A stretch of 64,000 nucleotides of DNA from Sminthopsis crassicaudata (Eukaryota). Position numbers and translations under genes: made by a program. Within the stretch, counting starts at the first letter, position 1. The number at the start of each line of letters is the position of its first letter. The stretch covers positions 524,376,958 to 524,440,957 of the forward strand of contig NC_133617.1 of NCBI RefSeq assembly GCF_048593235.1, in the 5' to 3' direction. Below the pieces are notes generated by a model. The model was given only the letters and a program-made list of their open reading frames with translations. It made no database searches and was not told the origin of the DNA. Positions 35,316-56,447 of the stretch are shown here, piece by piece.

Positions 35316-35989
35316 TATCTTATAGTCACTAACCTCTAGACCACCAGGAATCTAGACCACTCTAAACCTAATCATTACCTAATTTGGGCTTTAATTACAA
35401 TGGAATAGGGGTTCCAGTCCAATCTTTATATTTCTGTGCTAGGTATAACCACTGGTAAGACCCTTATGAATTTCCCTTGTCTCCATAAACACACACACAC
35501 ACACACATTTTTGTTTAATCAGAAAGATTTACTTTCTCAACCTTCCATTCCAATCTTGCCCCAATCTCTTTCTGAAATTGAGAACACGAGAAAACCAACC
35601 ACTGCAAACACATATAGTCAACCAATACAAATGTTCACATTGGCTATGTCCAAAAATATTTGTCTCATTCTGCAAGCTGGAACCTTTACCTCTTTAACAG
35701 ATGATGAGCATTGTGGTTCATCATTAATCTTCTGGAATCCTAATTGTTCATTATGTTGATAAGAGTTCAAAGAGTTTAGCACAATAGTATTACATACTAT
35801 AATATGTTTAACTGTTCCCCAATTTGTAGGCACTTCTCACATTCCCATTCTTTGTCATCTCTTAAGAAGTTGTAGATATTTTTGCATATCCTTAAATTTG
35901 TTTTACTTAGAACTAATCCCCCTTTTTCCTTCTCTTAAAGCAGCATTAATTTCCTTTCATAAGGTTAGTTCTTTAATAAACTATGAATT

Positions 35990-36641
35990 TGATGGGGATT
36001 GAGGTCCCTTTAAGAACCTCCCCCCACCATGGCTGACCTTTTTTTTTTTTTTTTCCCCTGAGGCTGAGGTTAAGTGACTTGCCCAGGGTCACACAGCTAG
36101 GAAGTGTTAAGTGTCTGAGACCAGATTTGAATTCTGGTCCTCCTGAATTCAAGCTTGGTGCTCTATCCACTTCGCCACCTAGCTGCCCCCATGGCTGACC
36201 TTTGATTTACAAATCCTAGTCAGTGGGTTTTCTCCATCCCCCACCAGATCTGAACTAATTTGAGTTTTCCCAACCCCCACAGTTTAAACCCATTGAATTC
36301 TATTCAATGCTGACCCTGGCTGAAAATCCTCCAGGAGCCTTCGACTCTACCCACAAGCCCCTTTAGGTATAAAAGAGTCAAACTGGAAATCTCTCTTTGC
36401 AGGAGCCTTCCCCACAAACATGGTATCTTTCCAGCCATGTAAGGGTTTCTGCCCTCCCAGCGACTACCTTTGGCCCTGGCGTCTTTCCACCTTTAATTTT
36501 ACTTCCAAATCCCTACAATAAACCTTTTTATCAATCTAGGTTTTTTGGCCTGTAAATTCCTTTTACAGGGGACTCTGCACCATCACGAGACTATCTTTGT
36601 GCCAACCCAAAGGGGGTTCCCCCCTTCTGTAACTCTCATCA
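35990..36641 (+). mobile_element. Solo ERV LTR with a nested SINE
   Basis: tgatggggattgaggtcccttt...ctctcatca termini, 4-bp TSD AATT/AATT; WSINE1-like copy (minus, about 36040-36190) inserted with the duplication ccatggctgaccttt. Confidence 0.85.
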
Positions 36642-37054
36642 AATTGACCTGGCCCTGCTTTCTTCCCTTGCTCCTTTAACATCACATTTAGGATGACTAA
36701 TTTACTCATAGTCCACCCTGAGCTCCACCCTTTAGACATGGTCTCCAGAGAGAGATTGATGGATAGAACCAAAGTTGAGAGACATGGAGTGAGAGGAAGG
36801 ACTTTACACAGATTCAGATTAATTCCTTGGAAGGAGAGCCTATTTATCTCTTTCTAGGAAACATCTTATCTCAGGAGAAGAAGCAGTATAGTAACAGTGG
36901 AGAAATAGCAGCTGTGGGGGGGGACTGAATGGGAGCCAGGATAGAAGAATAGCAAGGAATTGAACCACAGTGTGGAGGAGCCAACCTAGAACATTCTATT
37001 CACTGGTACTGTGAATTACTTAATCTGTGCAGATAAATGCTGAACATTTTTTCT

Positions 37055-37500
37055 TTCTCTTTTTTTTTTAAAAGCTTTTTATTTTCAAAATATATGCACA
37101 GATAATTTTCAACACTGACCTTTGCATAGTCTTGTGTTTCAGATTTTTCCCTCCTTTTCCCTACCCCTCCCCCTAAATGGCAAGCAATCCAAAATGTTAT
37201 ACATGTTAAAATGTGTTAAATCTAATATGTGTAAACATATTTATACAATTCTCTTGCTGCACAAGAAAAAGCAGATCAAAAAGGAAAGTAAATGAGTAAG
37301 AAAACAAAATGCAAGTAAATAACAACAAAAAGAATGAGAACGTTATGTTGTGATCCACATTCAGATCTCTCTGGGTGTAGATGGCTCTCTGTTTACAAGA
37401 TCATTGGAACTAGAATTAATCATCTCATTGTTGGAAAGAGTCATGTTCATCAGAATTGATCACCTACAATATTGATGATGCCATGAACACTTTCTTCTTG
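37055..37500 (-). mobile_element. L1 3' UTR fragment
   Basis: Reverse complement of the L1 3' tail seen at 60900-61380. Confidence 0.7.
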
Positions 37501-38219
37501 CAAGGAGATTTCAATTAAATCTAGAGCACTCTTGGGAGAAGGAAGGCTCAATGAAGCAGTGAGTTTCTTGGCTTTAGCTAGTTCAAGCATTTTCTTTCAA
37601 CTCTTGAAGGTGAGCCTTAATCTCAGAGAAAGAACATAAAAACACATAGTTATTTAGGTGTTTAGGGAGAGTGAAACCCATCAAAGAGGGTTGGAGGGTT
37701 GTCTTGGCTGTTAGAAGGTTCCAGAATGAATCTGCATTTAAAAACCATTCTGTTTGGTTTATTGTTAATCTGAATGCTTGAAGGGGATTCAAATCTTTTA
37801 TCTTTTGTTGTGGAGATCTAGTCAATACTCCTTGGGAAAAAACCTGTAGTGTGAACATGAGGCAAAAGACTGTATTGTATTAGAATCTGACCTTTCATTC
37901 TAAATAGGTAACTATTTGAAAGTCAGAGGGTTGATGATATAAGATGCTCCTTCTTTCTTCCAGTCATTTTTGCTCAAAATCTCAGTCATCTTTGACTCTT
38001 CCCACTCTCCTTTTTATTCTGCTATTCCAATTTCTATTCAAGTTCAGTTGATTCTTTCTTCGTACTATTTTTCTCATATTCTTTTTTCCTTTGCTTTCTC
38101 ACTGCTATAACTTTAGTACCTCATTTCCTCTTTCCTAGACTACTTTAATAGCTTTTCTTCTAACTCATCTTCTTGCTCCCAATTCCTCCCTTATTCCATC
38201 CTTTCAAATATCACTGTCA

Positions 38220-39882
38220 GACTATCAATAAGCATCATATGTAATGGGGATAAACTGGAACCATTAAGATAATAACCAATAAGATCAGGAGTGAAACAAG
38301 GTTGCCCACTATCACCATTATTATTCAATATTGTATTGGAAATGCTACCTTTGGCAATAAAAGATGAAAGAGATGAAAGGAATCACTCTTTGCAGATGAT
38401 ATAGTGGTATACTTAGAGAACTCCAAAGAATCAACTAAAAAAGCTATTATAAATAATCTACAACTTTATCAAAGTTGCAGGATACAAAATAAATCCACAT
38501 AAATCCTCAGCATTTTTATAATCATTAACAAAATCCAACAGCAAGAGATACAAAGAGAAATTCCATTTAAAATAACTGTTGATAGTATAAAATATTTGGG
38601 ATTCTATCTGCCAAGGGAAAGTCAGGAACTATATGAGCGAAACTACAAAACACTTTCCACACAAATAAATTCAGATCTAAACAACTGGAAAAATATCAAG
38701 TGTTCTTGCACAGGTCAAGAGAATATAATAAAGATGACAATACTACCTAAACTAATCTATTTATTTAGTGCTATACCAATCAAATTCCCCAAAAAACTAT
38801 TTTACTGACCTAGAAAAAAATAACATCAAAATTCATTTGGAAGAACAAAAGGTCAAGAATTTTAAGGGAACTAATGAGAAAAAAAATCAAATGAAGGTGA
38901 TCTGGCTGGACCAGATTTTAAATTATATTATAAAGCAGTGGTCATCAAAACCACTTGGTACTGGCTAAGAAATAGACTAGTTGATCAGTGGAATAGGTTA
39001 AGTTCACAGGACAAAATAGTCAATAACTATAGCAACCTAGTATTTGACAAAGCTAAAGACACCACCTTCACTGTTTGACAAAAACTGCTGGGAAAATTGG
39101 AAACTAGTATGGCAGAAACTAGGCATTGACTTACACTTAACACTGTATACCAAGATAAGGTCAAAATGGGTTCATAATCTAGACATAAAGAATGATAGTA
39201 TAAATAAATTAGAAGAACATAGGACAGTTTATCTTTCAGATGAGGAATTTGGAGGAGAAAGGAATTTGAGATCAAAGAAGAACTAGAGATCATTATTGAT
39301 CACAAAATAGATAATTTTGATTATATTAAGTTAAAAAGTTTTTGTACAAACCAAACTAATACAGACAAGATTAGAAGGGAAGCAATAAACTGGGAAAATA
39401 TTTTTACATCCAAAGGATCTGATAAAGGCCTCATTTCTAAAATAGATGGAGAATTGACTCAAATTTATAAGAAATCAAGCCATTCTCCAATTGATAAATG
39501 GTCAAAGGATATGAACAGATAATTTTCAGATGAAGAAATTGAAACTATATCTAGTCATATGAAAAGGTGTTCCAAATCATTATTGATCAGAGAAATGCAA
39601 ATTAAGACAACCCTGAGATACCACAGCACCTCTCAGATTGGCTTAGATGATAATAACGAATGTTGGAGGGGATGTGGGAAAATTGGGACACTGATACATT
39701 GTTGTTGGAACTGTGAACAAATCCAACCATTCTGGAGAGCAAATTGGAACTATGCTTAAAAAGTTATCAAACTGTGTATATCTTTTGACCCAGCAGTGTT
39801 TCTACTGGTCTTCTATCCCAAAGAGATCTTAAAGAAGGGAAAGGGACCCACATGTGCAAAAATGTTTGTGGCAGCCCTTTTC
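38220..39882 (+). mobile_element. Degenerate L1 ORF2 fragment (RT C-terminal region)
   Basis: Frameshifted pieces such as NIIKMTILPKLIYLFSAIPIK, CWENWKLVWQKL, MKRCSKSLLIREMQIKTTLRYH and CWRGCGKIGTLIHCCW. Confidence 0.95.
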
Positions 39883-41074
39883 GCCACTGTCACTGCGAAC
39901 ATCTGAATTTTACTGAGGTCTCTGAACATGCAGCAGGTCTCTGTTCTTCTGCATCTTACAAGCAATGAGCTAAACACTGGAGAATAGTGAGAAATAGCAT
40001 TGAATAAATAAAAGTCAGATCTAGGAGGACCTTGAATGCTAATGTAACTTGGACTTTACAGAATATTCACAGAGATTCTCTATTTGCTTCTGTTTGACCA
40101 CAAAGGAATTCTGAAGATGGCTTCTGGCCATCTATGACTCAGGGCTAACAAGCTTAATCTCAGACATTAGGAGTTCTCTAATTGTCTGCTGAGCTAGAGG
40201 AGCTGATAATTCAGTGGACTAACAAAAATGATTGACCTGCCTCTCCAGCTCTCTTGTTTTCCTTCTTTAGAGAATTGTTTTTGAACTGCATATAAAGTAT
40301 CAAGTAAGGAAAAGATTGCCCTTGGTTTCCATGTGACCATGATCACATATCCAGCCTATGCAAATATGAGGTTGGTATTGGACTTCCCTTCTTTTCTGTT
40401 TCTTTTCCTTGTGTAAGTAAGTTTGTGAATTCAAAAGGGCTATGAGAATAGGCATAGAAGCTGAAGTTCTCTGAGCCCAGGGTCCACTGGAGCAGTTAAT
40501 TATGGTTCAGCATCAGTAGGAATAGGCTAGCAGCAAGGGAAGTTTCTACATCAGAAAGCAGCCATTGTAAGACTGACCCAAACTTGGCTATTGGAATATA
40601 TAGTGCTAAGCCAGGGTGAAATATAAAAATGTCCAATTAGCAGTGTCATTTACCTCTGTACTATAGTCTGAATCAGGAGGGACTGAGTTGTATGATCTCC
40701 AAAAACTAATTATAGACAACTTGCAACAGAAAGAGAATGGGCTTCCTTATTCCTCAAGCAAATAAAGGAGGAGGCTCCAGGTAGTCATTTCAGATTGCTG
40801 GTTATGCCCCCATGACAACTGGCTTATGTTAAGGACCTCACTGGTGGAGACCAAAGGGAGTTGCTCAGAGTATCAGACCCCTTACATTTCCAACGTTAGG
40901 CTTTATACTCAAAAAAATGGGTGCCCCAAGTCCAGACCTGTGCTATTCTTTGTTGTTCTATTCCATTCTTTTACAGCTGTCCAATGCCTGCTGTGTACCA
41001 CTCCCTGAAAAAGTAGGTCTCCATCAGATACTGTGCCCTTTGTCCAGAAGATGCTGCAGAGCTCAGTCCAAGAG

Positions 41075-41106
41075 TGCTGTGTTATATCTGGGCCACCAGA
41101 TGGCAG
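41075..41106 (+). promoter_or_regulatory. Candidate CTCF-binding site
   Basis: GGCCACCAGATGGCAG at 41091-41106 matches the CTCF core; preceded by TGCTGTGTTA, resembling the upstream module. Confidence 0.6.
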
Positions 41107-43492
41107 ATGGGGGTAGGGCTAGGCTTGCATCTTTGCAGAGGAGACAGATGTGGAATTATCAGGAATTATACAGTGCAGAAATACTGGGAGACAAAGTAAT
41201 TTGGGTTTGAATTTATCAGATTCTGTTTTTTTTTTTCTCAAATTGATCCTATTTACAATTAATTGTTTTTGTCCTGCAACTCCCTAAGTCAAGATTCTTT
41301 AGATTCTGAACTTAGTTAAGAAATTCAGCTGTTTTATAATGACTAAAGTTTAGAAATCCAATTCACTTGTTAATCACTGTACTATTTTTGTGTCAAAGAA
41401 ATCCATTACTATTAAGGGGTGCAGGTAGACATTAGGGAGGATGGTCTTGTATCTTCCTATCACCAAGCTATCCTTCAAGGATGTCTAGTTTGGTATCCAA
41501 AGAAGTCCAGGCTACTATCTCCAACCTTGAATGTAGATTCAAACAATTCAAGCAATGATTCTTAGTTACAGAATGGAAAAAGGAAGTTGTAGCTAGCTCC
41601 TTATTCCCAATTTCCAAACAATCATGTTGTCTCCATTCCCATGTAAGCAATCTATAAGCTTGTAAAATAATCTGAAAGCAATCACATTGTTTTCCCCTCC
41701 TACCCAACTCCATTCTTTGTTCTCTCATACTTTCCAAAACTGTATAAAGGCTAATAAGTTTTACCTCTTGGACTTTGATCATTGAGAGAAGTCATTGACC
41801 CATTCTATTGGTTATTTCTAGCCAAACTAATATATTGATCAAGCTCAGCCCATTGTCTTTCAGTTTGCCTTTAAATTTCAAATATAAATCAGCATGACAG
41901 GAAGTTATAGGGTACTGGATTTGAAGCCAGTAACTCCTAAATCTGAATTCTCTCTCAGATACTTACTAGTTGTGAGACCCTGGCAAGGCACTAAACTTGA
42001 ATGATTTTTCTCATTACTAAAATGAGGTTAGTCTCAATGACCTAAAGCTCTTCTAGGTTTAACTCTATGATCCTATGATCACATATGGGCCAAAAGTAGC
42101 AGTAGGCATATCTCTTGCTCTCCATCAATATTTCCAGATAATTTCTCTATCCCCATCCCTTTCTTCCTTGAACTCATTCAATCTACATTATCTGAGTGAG
42201 ATCCTTGATGCTAGTCTACTGGCTTCAAGGTTGATCTCCCTCTCTTTTAAAGGAGTTTTGTATCTAAGACAGCACCTAGGCTTTCTAATCCAATCCTTAG
42301 TTTTATATTTTGGGACTGATGTCTCTGTTAATGCTCTGACTTCCAATTTATCAACCTCTTCAAGTCCCATGACTTATTATGGCTTATTCTATCTTAGCCA
42401 CCCAGGAATAGTTATACATTAGACTTCATCATTATCAAGAATTATTCCAATTTTATGATCTTATACTTTGAAATTTCCTTTTATGACCATAAACAAGCTC
42501 TTCCATGTTTTCCATTGATGCACTCTTAAATCAATTTTCTGTCCTCACTGTGACCTTCAGTTCCTCTATTTCTCCCTATTCTAACAGATTATCATCTCTG
42601 CTTTGCCCTGACTTTCCTTTCTTCAGTCTTGACCATATAGTTATATATAACTATATATCTGTCTTTGATCCTTGATTCTCTCCTCCAATCATCATTCTTG
42701 TCCAGATAATCTTCAAATTTGAATAAGTTCTGTGCTCTTTCTCCTAAATTATTAAAGGAAGTCATGTTATTGTGGGGACCTGTTCAACTATTAATGAATA
42801 TTATCTCATTTCAACTGGGTACTTCATTGTTACAGGAAAAACTTATTTTTTCTTCATTGCCCATCTGACTCTCAATGGTTTTTCCGAACCTTTTCTTCTC
42901 TTCTCAAAAAGTGTATAATGCCTCCCTCACATCTCTTTAACTCAGATGTGCTCATTATTTACTGAGAAGACAGAAGTCATCCAATGTGAGGTCCCTCACA
43001 TAAATGTCCTTCTCCCTTAGTGTGGTATTCACTAAGATTTTACTTTTTTTTCTTTTTGATACTTCTCTGGTTTCCTTAGGCTTATAATATCTCTACAAAT
43101 AATCCCCAAATCTCTATATCCAGCATCAATTTTTCTGTGTTGTAATTACATTTCATCAAGTATGTACTGAATATGTCTTTCTTGCAGTCCAAAATAGAAC
43201 CATTTGTCTTTTCACTAAACCCCTTGCATTCTAGAGAAACTACAATCCTTTTGGTTGAGTTACATAAACACAAAAATCATCCTTGTTCCTTTTTCCTCAT
43301 CCACCATATCCATACAGTTGCTACATCTTGCTGATTTCACTGCCCAACATTTGTTATCATCTTTTTTCTTTCTATGCATGCATCTACCATCCTAGTGCTA
43401 AACTTAAGAAAACGTTCAAGATCTTCTGGAATCAGTTTCTGCTGCTGAATGCCAAGCTCAGTCCACTCCATATCTTACTCAGAACCTCAATC

Positions 43493-44153
43493 TGATGTGG
43501 TTAGTGACAGTGCAAAGAGTTGTGAAAATCCCCTTCTTTGATCGGACTTGTAAAGAACGTGAAGAGAATTCACGTACCTGAAAAGTTTGAACAGCAAAGG
43601 GAAGTTTTATTGGCATTGAGGAGTCAGCTTTGCTAGGAAGACTGACTTCCTCAGTGACAAAGTTCTGGCAGAAAAATAACAAAAGGTTTACTGAGAAGAG
43701 GGTCTCTTCACAGCGGGCAGGAGTCCTGGCAGGCAGCTATGCCAAGGAGAGAGGTTACTTGACTAGGCATAATCCTGCTTCTGACGTTCTGCAAGAAAAT
43801 GAGTTTAAAATTGCCTTTTTAATAAGAGATCTGAGACTGGGGTTTCAATTGAATGAGATTCCTTCAATGTTGTCACTGCCCCCAGGCCTAGATTTTCAGT
43901 TGAATGAGACCACAAGTTCAAGCTAAGTAGGAGTAGTCCTGGACTAATTTTCAACTCAATAGAGGGTGCAGCTAGTCACCACCAAGATAACAGAATGAAA
44001 CCACTTTATCTTGTCCCAGAGGCGGGCCTCTCCCAGAGGAGTTTCTAAGAGTTCATCCCTATGGCTTCCCCCCATAATCAGGGAGGACAGTTTCAGGGTT
44101 CCCCCTATAACCCCCCCAAAATGTACTCAAAGGTTCTTTCAAAGTTTGTTACA
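43493..44153 (-). mobile_element. Probable solo LTR
   Basis: Minus strand starts tgtaacaaactttg and ends ...cacatca; AATAAA present on the minus strand; TSD not clean. Confidence 0.55.
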
Positions 44154-44189
44154 TCTCTTGCTCCCCCTTTTTTTTTTATAGTGGTTTTT

Positions 44190-44705
44190 TTTTGTCCTAT
44201 TTTTTAAAAATTAATTTTATAATTTTTTTTTGACAGTACATATGCATGGGTAATTTTTTTACACTATGCCTTGTATTCACTTCTTAAATTTTCCCCTCCC
44301 TCCCTCTACTCCCTCCCCTAGGTGACAGGCAATCCCATATATGTTAAATGTGTTACAGCATATCCTAGATACAATATATGTGTGCAGAACCGAATTTCTT
44401 GTTGCACATTAAGTATTAGATTCCGAAGGTATAAGTAACCTGGGTAGAAAGACAGTAGTACAAACAGTTTACATTCACTTCCCAGTGTTCCTTCTCTGGG
44501 TGTAGCTGATTCTGTCCATCATTGATCAACTGGAAGTGAGTTGAATCTTCTTTATGTTGAAGATATCCACTTCCATCAGAATACCTCTTCATACAGCGTT
44601 GAATTGTACAGCGATCTCCTGGTTCTGCTCATTTCACTCAGCATCAGTTGATGTAAGTCTCTCCAAGCCTCTCTGTATTCCTCCTGCTGGTCATTTCTTA
44701 CAGTC
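44190..44705 (-). mobile_element. L1 3' UTR fragment
   Basis: T-rich tail and reverse complement of the marsupial L1 3' UTR (ctgatgctgagtgaaatgagcagaaccaggagatc). Confidence 0.8.
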
Positions 44706-45679
44706 TTGCTCTCTTCTTCAATCATGTGATTTTTCCTCTTTTCCTGGATTTTCTGGCATCTTTTATTTTCCTTCTTGAAACCCTCATACCCTTCAGAATC
44801 TTCTTTCAAAATCTACCTCTCTTTAAAGAATTTATGAAGGACACTGCCAGTCAATTCAACTTCTTCTCTACTCCCTCTTCAGGTTATACATATCCGATGG
44901 AGAGAGGGAAAGTGGGGGGTCAGAGCAGTATATCTGACAGTCTAATGAAAAGACAAGACATATAATGACAAGATTTTAATAGGTAAAGGAATTTGGGGAA
45001 ATGAAGGACATTTGGGAGAGGTCACCATGGAGGACCCACTTGTATTTATTTTGGTATGTGTAGGATCTGTCTATTGACATTAGTTAGATTCAGAATCTAG
45101 GTCTTTCCCTCTCTTTCTTTTCTCACTAAATGCCAGATCAGTTAAAAATGAGCTAATAGCTAGCTCTCTACTTGACTCTACATTCGTTTCTTTCCTCCAA
45201 AGAATATATCCTTTTGCCCCACCCAAGGAGCTATAATCCTAAATGTCCTGATCTAGGGAAGGGCTTTTTTTTTTTTGCCTTGGAAATTTTTACATAATTC
45301 TGGGGATAAAGGTATACAAAACAGGTTTACAAATCAAACATTTACTGATAATAAATAATAACTTCCTAATCCCTACAGTCTGTTACAAGACCTCATATGG
45401 GATGATGAACTGCAGTTTTAAGAAGCTGGGCTCTAGGGTATCTACCTTCTTATAACTGCCTCTTTCTCTACTCCCAAGGCTTTCATGGATAAAGTTTCAA
45501 AAAAAAAAAAATGCCCATTATATTTCTGTTCCCCCACTCACAGAATTTGCTTCCTTTCGGTTCCTTGGAAGGAAAGAAAAATTCAAATGTACCGAGGGGA
45601 ATTTCCTTGATATACCAAATATCTTATTCTTGGGGTAATTGCTCTCTTTTTCTTCCCCAAGAGAATTTACCTTCTAAAT

Positions 45680-45859
45680 CAGTGGTCCTCAAACTTTTTA
45701 AATAGGGGGCCTCAGACAGTGGGAGCGCCTCACACTGTCTCCGCCCTCTCAGCCCAGCACTGGAAGTGTGCTTCAACATCACTTCCGGTCTGATTTTGCC
45801 ATAACCGGGTGGGCCACATAAATGTCCTCAGCAGGCCGGCCGTAGTTTGAGGACCCCTG
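45680..45859 (+). mobile_element. 180-bp hAT MITE (OC1/OposCharlie1-like) with TIRs and 8-bp TSD
   Basis: TIRs CAGTGGTCCTCAAACT / AGTTTGAGGACCCCTG (15 of 16 complementary); exact TSD TTCTAAAT at 45672-45679 and 45860-45867. Confidence 0.92.
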
Positions 45860-46419
45860 TTCTAAATCAATGCCTAAACAAATGCTTTATATTCCTAAGC
45901 TAATTTCCCAGGCCCCTTAAGAAATACCCTCTTTCACTACGAGCAAGAATCCCAATGCTAACAGAGGAGCCCACTAACAACTTCAGGGAAAGGAGAAATA
46001 TTTAAGACTGAGAGAAACTATTCTTATTTAGGTTTTCCATCCCGCCCACATTCGGGAGGCTGCGGGCTACACCACTGCCTTTTGGATGCCTATCTCAGCT
46101 ATCACACACTGTTACTGATGCTAACGCACCCGTACACTACGGAAGTACAGAGAGAGAAACGTGCTGTACCTCCCATGGCGTTGATCTGAGAGTCAAATAG
46201 ATCTACGTTCTAATGCAGTTATGCGACTGTCACACGTTGTCTTGGGGCTTCCTCTGTAAAATGATGGATCTAGATCGAATGATCCTCTATGGACTGGGCC
46301 AGCCACCAATATTCTCCCATTTCATTTCTCACATAATTAGCAATTAGCATCTCATATTAGGGAGAAGTTGAAACAGAAGAAATGGTCCAGGACGAACTCA
46401 ACTCCAGAACCCTGGTTCC

Positions 46420-54270
<7,851 letters not shown>

Positions 54271-56199
54271 GGACAAGATATTACAAACCAGGCTCAAACT
54301 GGGGACAGGGGAACTAGATTCTTCATTTTAGGTCAAAGACAAGGTCTAGAAAGGAAGCTTCAAAAGACTGAGAATCCATGTTTTGATCGGGAGAATAAGA
54401 GCATCAATGTATTCTTCAGGTTCATCTCAAATTCACCCTGCAACCTTAGGTGGAAACCTCAGTATCTATAAAACTCTGGGGAAATTAAGAGGTCTTCAGG
54501 AAATTCTGTTCCCTATCACCTCTCAGAGCTGCCACTTCCAGTATTGAATTGTTTGTTTGTTTTTATATTCCTATTGTTGTGGGAACAGTGAAATATAAGA
54601 TGATCCTTACTTCTGTCTCTAAAGTGTCATTTTGGGAATTGAGGGAAACATTTGAAAGGGAGAACATTGAGAGAGCAGGTTGCCTAGTGTTATGAGTCAT
54701 TTGAAAGTCTATAGCCAAGTTCTTTCAAGCTGTCAACAGAAGAAACGGTTTCTTTAGATTAGGTATTCCTTTAGGTTTATTGACAAATTGTGGTTTTCAC
54801 TTTGCTGTGTTCTTAGCTGGTCTACTCTTCATCCTATTTCTTCTCTACTTCATGCTCCCAGTAAACTGCTGTAGTGATGGGTTCTGTTTTCTTTCCTGAA
54901 GAACTCAATCTGAAGGAATGTAGTTTCTGCTGACTAGGAGTAGACTTAAGGTACTGTAGTAAGATAGTTTTATCCCATCAACGAATCATTTCCCTTCCAC
55001 CTTTCCTTATACTTGCCACTAAAATGTACTTGATTGGATGGGGTGGGGTGACTGGATCTAATACATAGTATACAATATAAACTGGGAAATAGAACAGAAA
55101 GCAACTAACTAGCTTTGGAAGTAATAAAGGTTAGGAACAGCTGGTATTGGAGTGTGGCCATTTCTTATACTCACCTCTGAAGTAGAATGAGGTTTCAGGA
55201 AAGGATATGATGACACTAGTAGAGTTCTAGGGTAGGAGAATTGGCAGCCATTATAGATAAACATTAGAGTGGAGTTGGATCTGCAGTGGGACATAGCAAC
55301 AGCTCATTGCAACAGCACGATATTAGGCCCTGGAGTAAAGAATTGACAACTGAGGAAGACGGCCAAAGGCAGCTGGCTCCAGGTTGGAATTTAAGAGACC
55401 ACAGTTAATGAACTACTGACTCTTTGGTGATCCAATGACAATCATAATCATATGTGGCAAACCAACCATTTCAGGAGTGAGTATGTAGTTTGCAGCTGAG
55501 TATGATAGCCAAACTAAGCTGATTCCTTGGGTAGTCTAAGGGCACAGCTCATTATAAAATCCAGGAGCACAGTTAGGAAGCATCTCTACTCGGATGACAG
55601 AGGTTAATGGTTCATTTAGCCTCTTTAGGGAAAGAGAAACACTATGTAATTTGGCTTTAGGTTGGAGATAGTGGTATTACTGGACATAAAAATAAATTAG
55701 ATCTGGGGTAAGGCATTTAACAACTAAATAATAGCAAAGTTTTGTTGGGTTTGGGTTTTTTGTTTGGTTTAGATGAGTGATTTAATTGATAAGGGAAATT
55801 TCGTGTAAAAAAAATCCCATTCCTGTAGGTCAGATAATTTATCTGTAGTTGTCATTGGACACAGATTACATGATGTCACTAGCATAGTTTAAGTAATCTG
55901 TATTGGAGAACTTGCATCCAGTTCGTCCTAACTCCAAGGCTGCCTTGTATCCAGTATACCACTTTCCTCAGTGTTATCTGGGCATAAAAATGAATTAGAA
56001 CTAGGTGGGATAGATACTAGCTGAGTAAAGCCAAAGGTCATTAGCTCAGGATCCAGGAATAAGTGTTAGCTGACAAATAACAAAAATACAAAGACAAGGG
56101 AGTTGATAGAAAAATGAATAGCCACACAAGTCAGTAGCTAAATAGCCAGGTGAAAGAAAAGAACGAGGATTATAATCGTTATATAAAGGGATGCTACTC

Positions 56200-56447
56200 T
56201 CAGATACGACGAATTTTCATCTCAGTACGCTTAAGGGAATAATAGAATCCTTTCCACTGGGCCCAGTTGATACCATTGGCATAGGAAACATGGTTCCCCC
56301 CCAAATAGAAGCCATTGAGATTGGCAAAGTGACAACTCCGGAACCAGAAGGCTCCAGATGAGAGTACTGCACAGTTCTGCACAAATTGGTCCTGGTCCTG
56401 GTCAAAGGTGGAGAATTTCTGGCCACTGTGGTAGGAAAGAGAGTCAC
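56200..56447 (-). CDS. MFAP4: MFAP4 exon 6
   Basis: cttcccag|GTGAC; [15 protein letters not shown]...[14 protein letters not shown]. Confidence 0.97.

Noticed and set aside
38596-39759. Cluster of 66-80 aa ORFs
   Set aside because: Frameshifted L1 ORF2 remnants, not host genes.
40917-41210. 97-aa ORF with a hydrophobic, Cys-containing N-terminus resembling a secreted peptide
   Set aside because: No recognisable family, no supporting splice structure or promoter; compatible with a chance ORF.
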